A stretch of 64,000 nucleotides of DNA. It comes from a virus. Lineage: Duplodnaviria; Heunggongvirae; Uroviricota; Caudoviricetes. The translations under genes and the position numbers were made by a program. Shown in pieces: positions 46,275-54,916 of the stretch. The stretch spans positions 1 through 64,000 of the IMG/VR virus record IMGVR_UViG_3300018414_000006; one strand, given 5' to 3'. The notes below the pieces were generated by a model. The model was not told where the DNA came from. It made no database searches and was given only the letters and a program-made list of their open reading frames with translations. Position 1 is the first letter of the stretch; each line of letters opens with the position of its first letter.

Positions 46275-46981
46275 TGGAACAGATTCCTTTTCTTGCAAAT
46301 CTTGGAATTGGATCAATGGAGCAAGCGCGTTCTCCAACAGTCGATACCTTTCCACGAATGTTCAATACTAATAATCGGTCAGATTGGGAGCAAGCAGTTC
46401 AAGAATTGATACCATCCGGTAATGCTTTGCAAGACTGGGGAATCACTATTCGCAAGTATGTAAATCTTTGTGAACAGAGAAATGTATTTCCATTTCAATC
46501 GTTTCAACAAAATAGAAACGATCAGATTTATGACTATCTTCGTAGTCGAAGAAAAACATTTGTAAATTTTATAGATAAATGTAATTTTTTTGAAAATGTT
46601 GCAATACGATCTACTCATCATAAAGTAGTCGTATCTGATAGAGGTTTTGTTCTTACAGTGTATGCAAGAGCTAGAATAGCGGATCCCACTTTTCTTGACT
46701 GGTTAGTCAAAAGTCCACAACCCAGATTTAATGCCGCTCAGGATATGGGCGGTCGTTACATTCGTCCTCTACAGGATGGATTAAATATGTTTGTTCATCC
46801 AGATGGTCAGGATACATACAGATGGTGTATTGGATACGATATTGACTGTCCTTTTTATCCAGAACTTCCGAATAATTTCATACCGTCGAAAGCAGAACTG
46901 GAACGATTCATTCTTGAAGTTTTATGGAAACCTATTCTGAGGACTTCGCGCCCTTTGAACATGAGCTACCGGCTTATCTGA
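46274..46981 (+). CDS. hypothetical protein (235 aa)
   Basis: ORF with a TAATGG overlap. Confidence 0.45.
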   Translation: MEQIPFLANLGIGSMEQARSPTVDTFPRMFNTNNRSDWEQAVQELIPSGNALQDWGITIRKYVNLCEQRNVFPFQSFQQNRNDQIYDYLRSRRKTFVNFIDKCNFFENVAIRSTHHKVVVSDRGFVLTVYARARIADPTFLDWLVKSPQPRFNAAQDMGGRYIRPLQDGLNMFVHPDGQDTYRWCIGYDIDCPFYPELPNNFIPSKAELERFILEVLWKPILRTSRPLNMSYRLI

Positions 46982-47176
46982 ACAAACTAATTATTAGTAA
47001 ATAACAGTGTTGCTATGCAATTTCTATTTTGCACAATTCAGCTTGTAATAAAAATTGTGCAAAACAAAAAATTCAGAAATGTTCAAAATAGAGACTTCAA
47101 GAATTTCATTATTCTAAACCTGCAATTTTATTGCGTTACAAAATGAACAGTTTAAAATAAAAGAACAGGAGTAATT

Positions 47177-50100
47177 ATGGCATTGCGTCCAGTATCAAAT
47201 TTGCACATACCAGAGCATCTTATGCTACCAAGCAAAGATCTCAAGCAAAGATTTTTCTATGTTTACAATCATGGTTTCACGGGATCCGGTGCCGCATTCA
47301 TGACTCGTTTGTGGGCATCTATGTATTTTCCTTCAGTGACTAAAGATCCTAAATTTGGTACCAAGAAAATTCGTGCCACTGCTGAAAAACTTGCTGCAAT
47401 AATTCCAGCCGGATACCTTCGAGTTAAAAAAGAAATGGGAAAAAATCCCCATTTTGTAGTAAGTGTTCCAATTTACACTTTTTCAAGAAACATTTCCCAG
47501 TCCTTAGCATTTCTTCAAAATACATTTTTGGGAGGAGAACCATCATCTACACCAACGGCTGAACAGATTCGTCATGCCAATGATTTTGAGAACAGTTTGC
47601 CGGAATCTACAGAAGGTCAGATAAATTTCACAACAATTACTGCCACAAGAGTTATTTCAGCAATGCGTCTGGATGCTTTCGGACAGGAAGCATTGCGCAC
47701 ATGCCTTATTAATGTTACTTTTCAGGCCAAAGGAAATCTGGTAGTAGTTTTTGCCAATTTTCGAATAACAAAAGAAGAAGCTCAACAGTTGACTACAACT
47801 GAATGGCAACAGCTTCGTGATATAGATTTGTATCCACCACTTCTGCAATGGGTGCAAACTACTTTTGGCGATAGGGGAATGGTGCCTATAGCAAGTTTTC
47901 CTGTTTCCAAAATTGCATTTACTTTACCTGCTTCACACGTTGAAAACGCTCGTATTAATGAGTATGGCATCTCTATCAGTGGCAATGGAGTTCCATTATA
48001 TCTTCCCAAAGAAGTTGACAAACAGCAAACTATTGCTTATGAGGATAAATACACTCAAGCTGGCAGTCGTGAAGATGGTTCTTTTGCTTTGGTGGACATT
48101 AATGAAGGTGCTTCCGCAATGGAAAGGGGGACCGAGATAAAAACTCGTCTTCCTGCTAACATTGTCGTAAGTATAGATTGGCTCAATAACAAATTTGCCT
48201 ATACCAATACTTCTGGCATGCTGACAGTGCAGGACCTCGCACGTTTTCATAAAGCGGATATTTCACATATTCGCAATCTAATGGATGATCGTGGCGTAAC
48301 AGATGCACTTATTAATAGCGCCATTCGTATGGGGGAAGCTGCAGGAGTCAGTGAGTCCGTTTTCAGACCGCTCGCCAAAGATCTGGCAGGAATAGAGTTA
48401 TCTTCAGTGTTACGTCAGCAATTTGATCACGCAGAAAATTCACCATTTGATTGGTTCAAAACTGCGGCACGTGCCTACAAGTCAGTTGAGGATCAGGATG
48501 TAATCAAAATTTCAGATATTTCTATAAATGGATTTGGTCCTTTTGCTCCTTTGGCACGATACATTAAGAATGTCACAGATGCAATTATAGGAAACCTTGA
48601 ATCTGTATATGTTAGATATTCAATCAAGACTGTTTCTGAAAGTCTTCCGTGGTTAATAATGATTGCAAAGTACAGTGACAATATCACTGAACTTCGTGCA
48701 AAAGATGAAGCCAATAGAAAAGCTGCAATTGAACAAAAAATTGATCCAGATTGGACTATTCCTTCTTGCCCATTACTTGCAGATGAAATAGGACTTCTTC
48801 CGCATCAGAAAAAAGTACGCAATCTTCTCAAAGACAGCCCTGACTTTGCCATTATTCCCGTTCAGGCTGGCGGGGGAAAATCTGTTCTCATTCTTACAGA
48901 TATTCTTTATGAGATTAAAGCTAATCGTAGTGAGCCTTATCTCATTTTGTGCCCTGGGCATCTGGTTGCAAACTATGTACAGGAAATAGTATATTTCACC
49001 AAAGGTAAGTTGAACGTAATACCTATTGTGTCGGTGGTTATTGAACAGAATGGCTGGGCTAGATTACAGGCTATATTTGAAGCAGCACCGCGTAATACTG
49101 TAGTAGTTTGTGACTATGATGTTTTGAAATTTAGAGCACGTTCTGTTTGCTATGGAACTACTCCTGAAGTAGTTTACCCTGTTGTGGATTTTTTACGTCA
49201 ATTTAAATTTGGATACGTTGCAATGGATGAATCGCATCGTGTGAAAAATGATAATCAACGTGCTCGTACCACACAGCTTCTTATTTCAGATATCAAAAAG
49301 AAAAGACTTGCTTCAGGTACCATGGTACACGATAGTCCATCAGATCTTGCAGTGCAGATTGGTATGATGGACCCAACTCTTTTTGGAACAAAGGAACAGT
49401 TCAATGAAAAATATGGAGATATCGTATCTGGTGGACGTGTTGTAAAATGGCGGCCTAATGCGCAACAAGCTGTAATGCAAAAAATTCGTAGTCGTGTAGT
49501 TATTGCAGGGGCTATGAGAAAAGAATGGGCAGCACTTTTACCAAGAAAAAGAGAAGCTATTCTTGTCACAAGCCTGACTCCAGAACAGCAACGAATTTAT
49601 GACAGTCTTCTTGAAGGTGTTTTGAAACAGATTCAGGAAGATGCTAAAAGTAAAAAGGCACTGAAGAAATTTCTTCAAGAGGGAGAAGATGAACCTACAC
49701 CGAATCCTGATACGGCAGAAGGTGAAGAAGAACAGGAAAATGAAGTAAATGAGGACGAAGGCGAAGATCTTGCCGATTTGCTTAAACCATATCTGGCCAG
49801 ATTGGAACAGTTTCTTATAGCGCCAGGATCAGATAAATTAGTTCAACATGAACTGAGTGGGCCAGATCTGATTTCACGTAAAACATTAAGAATATTAGCA
49901 CGTGTACATGCTCATATCTTTGGTGGTGACAAATGGTACGATGATAATGGTAAATTGGTTACCGAAGATTATGGTCCATTTCCTGGAAAGGTGCTGATTT
50001 TCTGTAATCAGATTGAATCTGCCGAAGAAGTGTGGCGACTGGCATCTCCACAATTGAAAGCATGTGGCATTCTATATAAAGCAGCAGAGAAAACAGAACA

Positions 50101-51802
50101 TGGAGCACGTTTTGAAAATGATCCAAAAATAAAATGGATGGTAGGTGTTCAGGCATCTATGAATGAAGGTTTGAATTTTCAGTTCTGTTCTCGATTAATT
50201 CGTACTGAAACCGTATGGAATCCGGGCGCTCTTGAACAAGGAGACTCTCGCATCAACCGTCCTGAACTAAAGAAAACTGAAGTACGATCAACTATTTTTT
50301 ATGATACCGTAGTAGCTGATAAGACTATCGACATTACCAAAACAGCCAGACTGATATCCAAAATTATTGCTGCTGCAAAATTTGAAAATGCCGAAAATGT
50401 AGAATACGCTGCTATTCCTGATGTGCCTATCATAAAAATGAGTTTTCGAAATATTCGAAGTTTGAATACCTGGCAGCCTATTTCTGAAAGTAATCCCGGA
50501 TTGCTGACCTACGCTCAAGCACTTTCAAAATATGTGAATGTTCGAGAAGACGATTATGATCAGTATAAAGAAAATTACATTAAGAAGTATGGCACAGGCC
50601 CAGTACGGGAAAAAATACCGGTTGCGCCTAATCCAAAAGATGCAAAACTTTTGAAAAGAGTTCCTTACGTTCCTGGATTAGGTATCTATAAAGCAGAAGA
50701 TTTAGGACTTGTTCGTATTGATAACTATCTCAATATGTCTCAAGTTGATACCGAAAATGAAGATGAGGATGAAGCTAGTATTAACGAAGAAACCGCCCGC
50801 AAACTAGATGCCTTAAAGGGAATGCCAGTTCATACAGAATTTGGTGAAGGTATAATTCGTTTAGCAGGCCGTGGAAAGTTCACCAGTGTTATTCTTAACT
50901 CAGGTTATGCAGTAAAAATTAGAAAAACTCAGGTTTTCTTGATTACACGTACCGAAACTTCTACAAAAGATATTCGTAATCAACTACTGAAAATGGTGGG
51001 GGAATTACCTCTGTCTACACCTATTGAAGTTCCGGCTGAATCATGGAAAGCATCAAAAGCTGCTGAAAAACTTCAACTTGAAAAACAAAAAATTCAAGAA
51101 ATAAAGGAAACAAAGAAACGACATGAAAAACTCAAAGCCGAACTGTCAATAGAACTTTATTTGTTTATTGCTAATGGATTTTTAGGAATTGACTATGCGA
51201 TTGATGAAAACAACCAAACGGCTATGAAAACACTTCAGGCCAATGGATTCAGAATTACGGCACCTTTTTACTATTCCAAAATATCCAGTGCACTAGCTTT
51301 AAAAAATCAATTGAATCTTTGGCAAGAAAAGGGATTAAGACCTGACAAAATTATTCTTGAACAGGGTGGCAGAGAAGCATTCAATGAACTGTACAAGCTT
51401 ATAAAAGCAGGTAAAATAAAAAGTCATTCGGATACTTATAAATATGCTAAATCGAACAATGTTGTGAATTTTTTCAGATTAGAGCACAAACCCAATAATA
51501 ACAAAATGCAGTTCAAGCCTTATGCACTAATACAGGACAATATTGCATATATTGCATTGCCTGCACAAGGGCAAGCAGGCACCAGAACAGCCATGAGTGC
51601 TCAATTTAGAAAACCCACTTTCAGATGGAGCCTAGCAGACCCAACCCTGAGTTATTTTGGAACGGTTCAACAAATCGAAGAAAAACTTCAAAAATTGGAA
51701 GAATCAGGAATACAAATTTCCAATATCAAAGATCTTGAACCTGAATTACGTAAATTGCGTAGAATGTCAATTCGCAAACTTAATGAAAATGAAGGTTTTT
51801 AA
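47177..51802 (+). CDS. SNF2-family (Swi2/Snf2-like, DEAH-box) ATPase/helicase, 1541 aa, with long N- and C-terminal extensions
   Basis: Motif I LLPHQKKVRNL...PVQAGGGKSV; motif II YVAMDESHRVKN (SNF2 DEAHRLKN); motif III ASGTMVHDS; motif IV KVLIFCNQI; motifs V/VI GVQASMNEGLNFQ...TVWNPGALEQGDSRINRPELKK (Q..R.hRiGQ). Confidence 0.85.
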   Translation: MALRPVSNLHIPEHLMLPSKDLKQRFFYVYNHGFTGSGAAFMTRLWASMYFPSVTKDPKFGTKKIRATAEKLAAIIPAGYLRVKKEMGKNPHFVVSVPIYTFSRNISQSLAFLQNTFLGGEPSSTPTAEQIRHANDFENSLPESTEGQINFTTITATRVISAMRLDAFGQEALRTCLINVTFQAKGNLVVVFANFRITKEEAQQLTTTEWQQLRDIDLYPPLLQWVQTTFGDRGMVPIASFPVSKIAFTLPASHVENARINEYGISISGNGVPLYLPKEVDKQQTIAYEDKYTQAGSREDGSFALVDINEGASAMERGTEIKTRLPANIVVSIDWLNNKFAYTNTSGMLTVQDLARFHKADISHIRNLMDDRGVTDALINSAIRMGEAAGVSESVFRPLAKDLAGIELSSVLRQQFDHAENSPFDWFKTAARAYKSVEDQDVIKISDISINGFGPFAPLARYIKNVTDAIIGNLESVYVRYSIKTVSESLPWLIMIAKYSDNITELRAKDEANRKAAIEQKIDPDWTIPSCPLLADEIGLLPHQKKVRNLLKDSPDFAIIPVQAGGGKSVLILTDILYEIKANRSEPYLILCPGHLVANYVQEIVYFTKGKLNVIPIVSVVIEQNGWARLQAIFEAAPRNTVVVCDYDVLKFRARSVCYGTTPEVVYPVVDFLRQFKFGYVAMDESHRVKNDNQRARTTQLLISDIKKKRLASGTMVHDSPSDLAVQIGMMDPTLFGTKEQFNEKYGDIVSGGRVVKWRPNAQQAVMQKIRSRVVIAGAMRKEWAALLPRKREAILVTSLTPEQQRIYDSLLEGVLKQIQEDAKSKKALKKFLQEGEDEPTPNPDTAEGEEEQENEVNEDEGEDLADLLKPYLARLEQFLIAPGSDKLVQHELSGPDLISRKTLRILARVHAHIFGGDKWYDDNGKLVTEDYGPFPGKVLIFCNQIESAEEVWRLASPQLKACGILYKAAEKTEHGARFENDPKIKWMVGVQASMNEGLNFQFCSRLIRTETVWNPGALEQGDSRINRPELKKTEVRSTIFYDTVVADKTIDITKTARLISKIIAAAKFENAENVEYAAIPDVPIIKMSFRNIRSLNTWQPISESNPGLLTYAQALSKYVNVREDDYDQYKENYIKKYGTGPVREKIPVAPNPKDAKLLKRVPYVPGLGIYKAEDLGLVRIDNYLNMSQVDTENEDEDEASINEETARKLDALKGMPVHTEFGEGIIRLAGRGKFTSVILNSGYAVKIRKTQVFLITRTETSTKDIRNQLLKMVGELPLSTPIEVPAESWKASKAAEKLQLEKQKIQEIKETKKRHEKLKAELSIELYLFIANGFLGIDYAIDENNQTAMKTLQANGFRITAPFYYSKISSALALKNQLNLWQEKGLRPDKIILEQGGREAFNELYKLIKAGKIKSHSDTYKYAKSNNVVNFFRLEHKPNNNKMQFKPYALIQDNIAYIALPAQGQAGTRTAMSAQFRKPTFRWSLADPTLSYFGTVQQIEEKLQKLEESGIQISNIKDLEPELRKLRRMSIRKLNENEGF

Positions 51803-51811
51803 GGAATAATT

Positions 51812-52204
51812 ATGGTGGCCAGGGTTATAGGTAATAGAGGTACCTATTTTGGAACTGGTGTAGGTGGTGCTGGAATTCAATTTTATCCAGACGGTATAAT
51901 CAGTTCTGTTTGTATTAGTGGTGAAACAGGAGATCGGGCGTATTTGCCTGCTTCATCTATTAACTCAAGCGGTAAGCTCTATCGCGGATATTCTTTTCAA
52001 AGTGGCGCAGGTGGAATTGTAGATTTTACCCTTAGCAATGCTGCATTTCTTATGTCCAGAGATCCAGCAATTGCAGAACAGGCTCTTTGGGGTAATACTC
52101 TGACTGTTCCCGCTGGAGGTGAAATTGTATTTGCTCCATTTGCAGTTGCTGGTATTCGCATTACTCTAACAGGTAACGGTGAACTATACATTGTTGCGTC
52201 TTAA
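51812..52204 (+). CDS. hypothetical Gly-rich, beta-rich protein (130 aa), possibly structural
   Basis: ORF with ribosome-binding site AAGGAATAATTATG. Confidence 0.4.
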   Translation: MVARVIGNRGTYFGTGVGGAGIQFYPDGIISSVCISGETGDRAYLPASSINSSGKLYRGYSFQSGAGGIVDFTLSNAAFLMSRDPAIAEQALWGNTLTVPAGGEIVFAPFAVAGIRITLTGNGELYIVAS

Positions 52205-52262
52205 AGGAATTTAATCAAATGTAGGCGATATTAATTTTTAATATATTCGTTAATCTTTTCAT

Positions 52263-52297
52263 AAGGTGACTACAAATAATAGTCACCTTTCTTTTAG
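52263..52297 (+). terminator. rho-independent terminator (AAGGTGACTA-caaataa-TAGTCACCTT + TCTTTTAG), part of a repeated 117-bp element
   Basis: Read directly. A second copy is at 54766-54800. Confidence 0.6.
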
Positions 52298-52342
52298 CCA
52301 TTGATACGCAACGTATTAGCAATATTCGGCTAGTCAGTATTT

Positions 52343-52377
52343 CCACAGTGTGTAATTTTATTTTATGCACACTGTGG
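52343..52377 (+). promoter_or_regulatory. 5'UTR hairpin CCACAGTGTG-N15-CACACTGTGG ending 10 nt before the protease ATG
   Basis: Perfect 10-bp inverted repeat. The 3' arm is missing from the second copy of the element at about 54840. Confidence 0.4.
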
Positions 52378-52387
52378 AAATTTCATC

Positions 52388-54373
52388 ATGAACAGTCTAT
52401 ATCTTCCGGAAGCCTGGCGCTCTGCAAAAGCATCTTTCAAAAAGAAAATAATTGCTAAACAGACTCTAGCAGATTCGCTTTCTTCTAATCTAGTCAATAC
52501 TATCAATACGCCGAATGCACCTGCATTTGATGCAGAAAAAGATCAATCAATGCTTCAGGCACTTGATTATCCTACCTGGCTTCCATTTGCAGCGAAAACT
52601 TATCATATCAGTCCACACATTGAAGACTACATCATTATTCCGACTATTGTCTGTCCTTCAGATCTTCCCAATAGAAATGGTATAGGTTTTCCCGCAAAAG
52701 AATTGGCCACTTTTCTTCCGCCCCCTACTAACCGCATGGCGTACAAAGCATGGGCAGGATGTCCTGTTCACTGTTTTACGGGTGATACAAAAATCCGCAC
52801 GTCAAAAGGATTGCGAAATATCAAAAATATTAAAGTTGGGGATAAGGTACTAACACACAAACATAGGTTTAGAAAAGTAACACATGTTTTTGATAACGGA
52901 ATTCAAAAACTTAAAAGGATTAATTGTTACGGAATCACAATGCCTATTCTGGTTACCGACAATCATCCAATGTTTGTTGTGGACCGTCGTCAATTGTTTG
53001 GTTCTTCAAACTTAGGAACTGTTAGCAAGTTTGGAAAAGGGGCAAAAAATGAATATTCTAAAAAAATAAATTCACATTTTCGTCCTGTTTCTGATATTTA
53101 TCCACTTGACTATTTAGTAGTTCCAATTACAGTAGGTGGCAATAAAAAAGTTGACCCCAATTTTGCATTTTTAACAGGATTATATGCTGCTGAAGGAAAT
53201 CTGGAACCTAACAATAAAGCAATTGGAAAATTTACTAGCGCCAATTTTACTTTAGCTTTTTCAGAAAAAGATCTTCTTGATAAAGCAATAAATTGCGCAG
53301 AATCTTTAGGATTACAATACAAAAAATGGTATAACAAAAAGGACAAAACTTCAGGGTTTACTATTTACAACAGAAACTTTGCACATGCAATGTACGATCT
53401 AGTTGGTGCTTATTCACATAAAAAGAAAATGAAGGGTGAACTACGCAAATGGAATAAAGAGGGACTTGCTCACTTTTTAGGTGGCTATATAAGTGTAGGT
53501 GGCCCTGTAAAAGGTAAACATCGATTAAGATGCCGTACTGTATCTGAAGAATTAGCACAAGATATACAAATGACTTTTGGTCGTCTGGGTATTCCTGCCA
53601 GTGCCAACAATGATGGCGGCTGGACTTCCACGTTTACATCAAAATACCATACACGAAAAGGAATGCGTAAAAATCTTGAAGGAAAACCATTCAGGTCAAA
53701 TGGTACTTCATTTTGTATTAGCGCATCTTTGCATGAAATAGATTTGTTGGTTCCATACGTGGTTGGTCGTAAATTTAAACAATTAAAACAGAAAGTTAAA
53801 GATACAAGCCCCAAAATATTGGTATATAAAAATCATATACTTCTTCCTATATCTTCAATTGAAGATGCTGGAAAAGAACCAGTTTTTAATATTGAAGTTG
53901 AAGAAGATCATACTTATGTTGCAGGGGGTGTCATAGTTCATAATTGCGAACATGATAATGAAATACATGAAAAAGCTTATGGGGTAGTGCTCGATTCAAG
54001 TCTTCACAAAGTTACAGGATATGGTGGTGGAAAACTATGGAAAGTCATGGGGCTGCTTGCAGTAGATAAAAACAAATATCCTGATATTGCACAACAGGTA
54101 CTGACAGGTGAAATCAATACTTATTCTATGGGCGCACTTGTTGATTATTTTACCTGTAGTTATTGTGGGCAGGAATGTTCTTCAAAATACATGTGCCAAC
54201 ATGTTTCTTCTCCAGAAACTATTAATTGGAAATCTGTTAAAGATTTTGATGGTTCGGAACACATAGCATTTCTTAATGCTCACAATATACAGCCGATAGA
54301 AGTGAGCATTGTGAAAGATCCTGCGTGGGCACCTGCTTTATCGGACACACGTTTATCTCTAAAGGAAATTTAA
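52388..54373 (+). CDS. Intein-containing protein; the extein resembles the T4 gp21-type prohead core protease
   Basis: Intein boundaries are PVH|CFTGDTKIRT and GGVIVHN|CEHD. N-extein NGIGFPAKELATF...MAYKAWAGCPVH parallels T4 gp21 KRLYPKRILEKAV...KQALGELNHP. C-extein PDIAQQVLTGEINTYSMGALVD parallels GDKLAANIRAGWIPGVSSRGLGS (the Ser nucleophile region). The gene lies immediately upstream of the scaffold and capsid genes. Confidence 0.45.
   Translation: MNSLYLPEAWRSAKASFKKKIIAKQTLADSLSSNLVNTINTPNAPAFDAEKDQSMLQALDYPTWLPFAAKTYHISPHIEDYIIIPTIVCPSDLPNRNGIGFPAKELATFLPPPTNRMAYKAWAGCPVHCFTGDTKIRTSKGLRNIKNIKVGDKVLTHKHRFRKVTHVFDNGIQKLKRINCYGITMPILVTDNHPMFVVDRRQLFGSSNLGTVSKFGKGAKNEYSKKINSHFRPVSDIYPLDYLVVPITVGGNKKVDPNFAFLTGLYAAEGNLEPNNKAIGKFTSANFTLAFSEKDLLDKAINCAESLGLQYKKWYNKKDKTSGFTIYNRNFAHAMYDLVGAYSHKKKMKGELRKWNKEGLAHFLGGYISVGGPVKGKHRLRCRTVSEELAQDIQMTFGRLGIPASANNDGGWTSTFTSKYHTRKGMRKNLEGKPFRSNGTSFCISASLHEIDLLVPYVVGRKFKQLKQKVKDTSPKILVYKNHILLPISSIEDAGKEPVFNIEVEEDHTYVAGGVIVHNCEHDNEIHEKAYGVVLDSSLHKVTGYGGGKLWKVMGLLAVDKNKYPDIAQQVLTGEINTYSMGALVDYFTCSYCGQECSSKYMCQHVSSPETINWKSVKDFDGSEHIAFLNAHNIQPIEVSIVKDPAWAPALSDTRLSLKEI
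52772..53944 (+). other. Intein (391 aa) with a LAGLIDADG homing-endonuclease domain
   Basis: Block A CFTGDTKIRTSKG; LAGLIDADG-like FLTGLYAAEGN and AHFLGGYISVGG; block G VAGGVIVHN followed by +1 Cys. Confidence 0.75.
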
Positions 54374-54375
54374 TC

Positions 54376-54747
54376 ATGAAAATTCAAGCACTCGCACGTT
54401 TACAATCTACTCAAAATGTTTTAGCAACTGATTCGACTGAATTAACTGAAGCTTTTGAAGAGCTTCAGAAAATATTTGGCAACCGATATACACCAGACAA
54501 TGATAGAGGATACCAAGGATTTTCGTGGGAAACCTCATCGTATACAGCTGCTCTGTATTTATATTCTTCTGAACTTGGTTTTGATTTTTCTGGCGGAAAT
54601 CTGGAAATACAGGTAAATGGAAAAACAAAAGATGCTTTATTTAAAGCATTAAGAAAAGAAGTACAAAATGCACTACAACGAAAATTAGTAATTGAAGATG
54701 TGCCCAGTACTTTACAGAAAATAAAAAAATTATCAAATATTCATTAA
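54376..54747 (+). CDS. Small paralog family protein 3 (MKIQALARLQSTQNVLATDS...)
   Basis: The 5' 51 nt are identical to 45306..45356. The leader is AAAGGAAATTTAATCATG. Confidence 0.5.
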   Translation: MKIQALARLQSTQNVLATDSTELTEAFEELQKIFGNRYTPDNDRGYQGFSWETSSYTAALYLYSSELGFDFSGGNLEIQVNGKTKDALFKALRKEVQNALQRKLVIEDVPSTLQKIKKLSNIH

Positions 54748-54765
54748 TCTTTTCAAAAGGTGACT

Positions 54766-54800
54766 ACTATTTGTAGTCACCTTTCTTTTAGCCATTGATA
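54766..54800 (+). terminator. rho-independent terminator (second copy of the 117-bp element)
   Basis: AAAGGTGACTAC-tatttg-TAGTCACCTTT + CTTTTAG. Confidence 0.6.
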
Positions 54801-54916
54801 CGCAATGTATCAGCAATATTCGGCTAGTCAGTATTTCCACAGTGTGTAATTTTATTTTGTACAGAAATTAATATCCCGTGTGGGAGTATCTGTTCTTAAC
54901 TTATTCGAGGAATACG

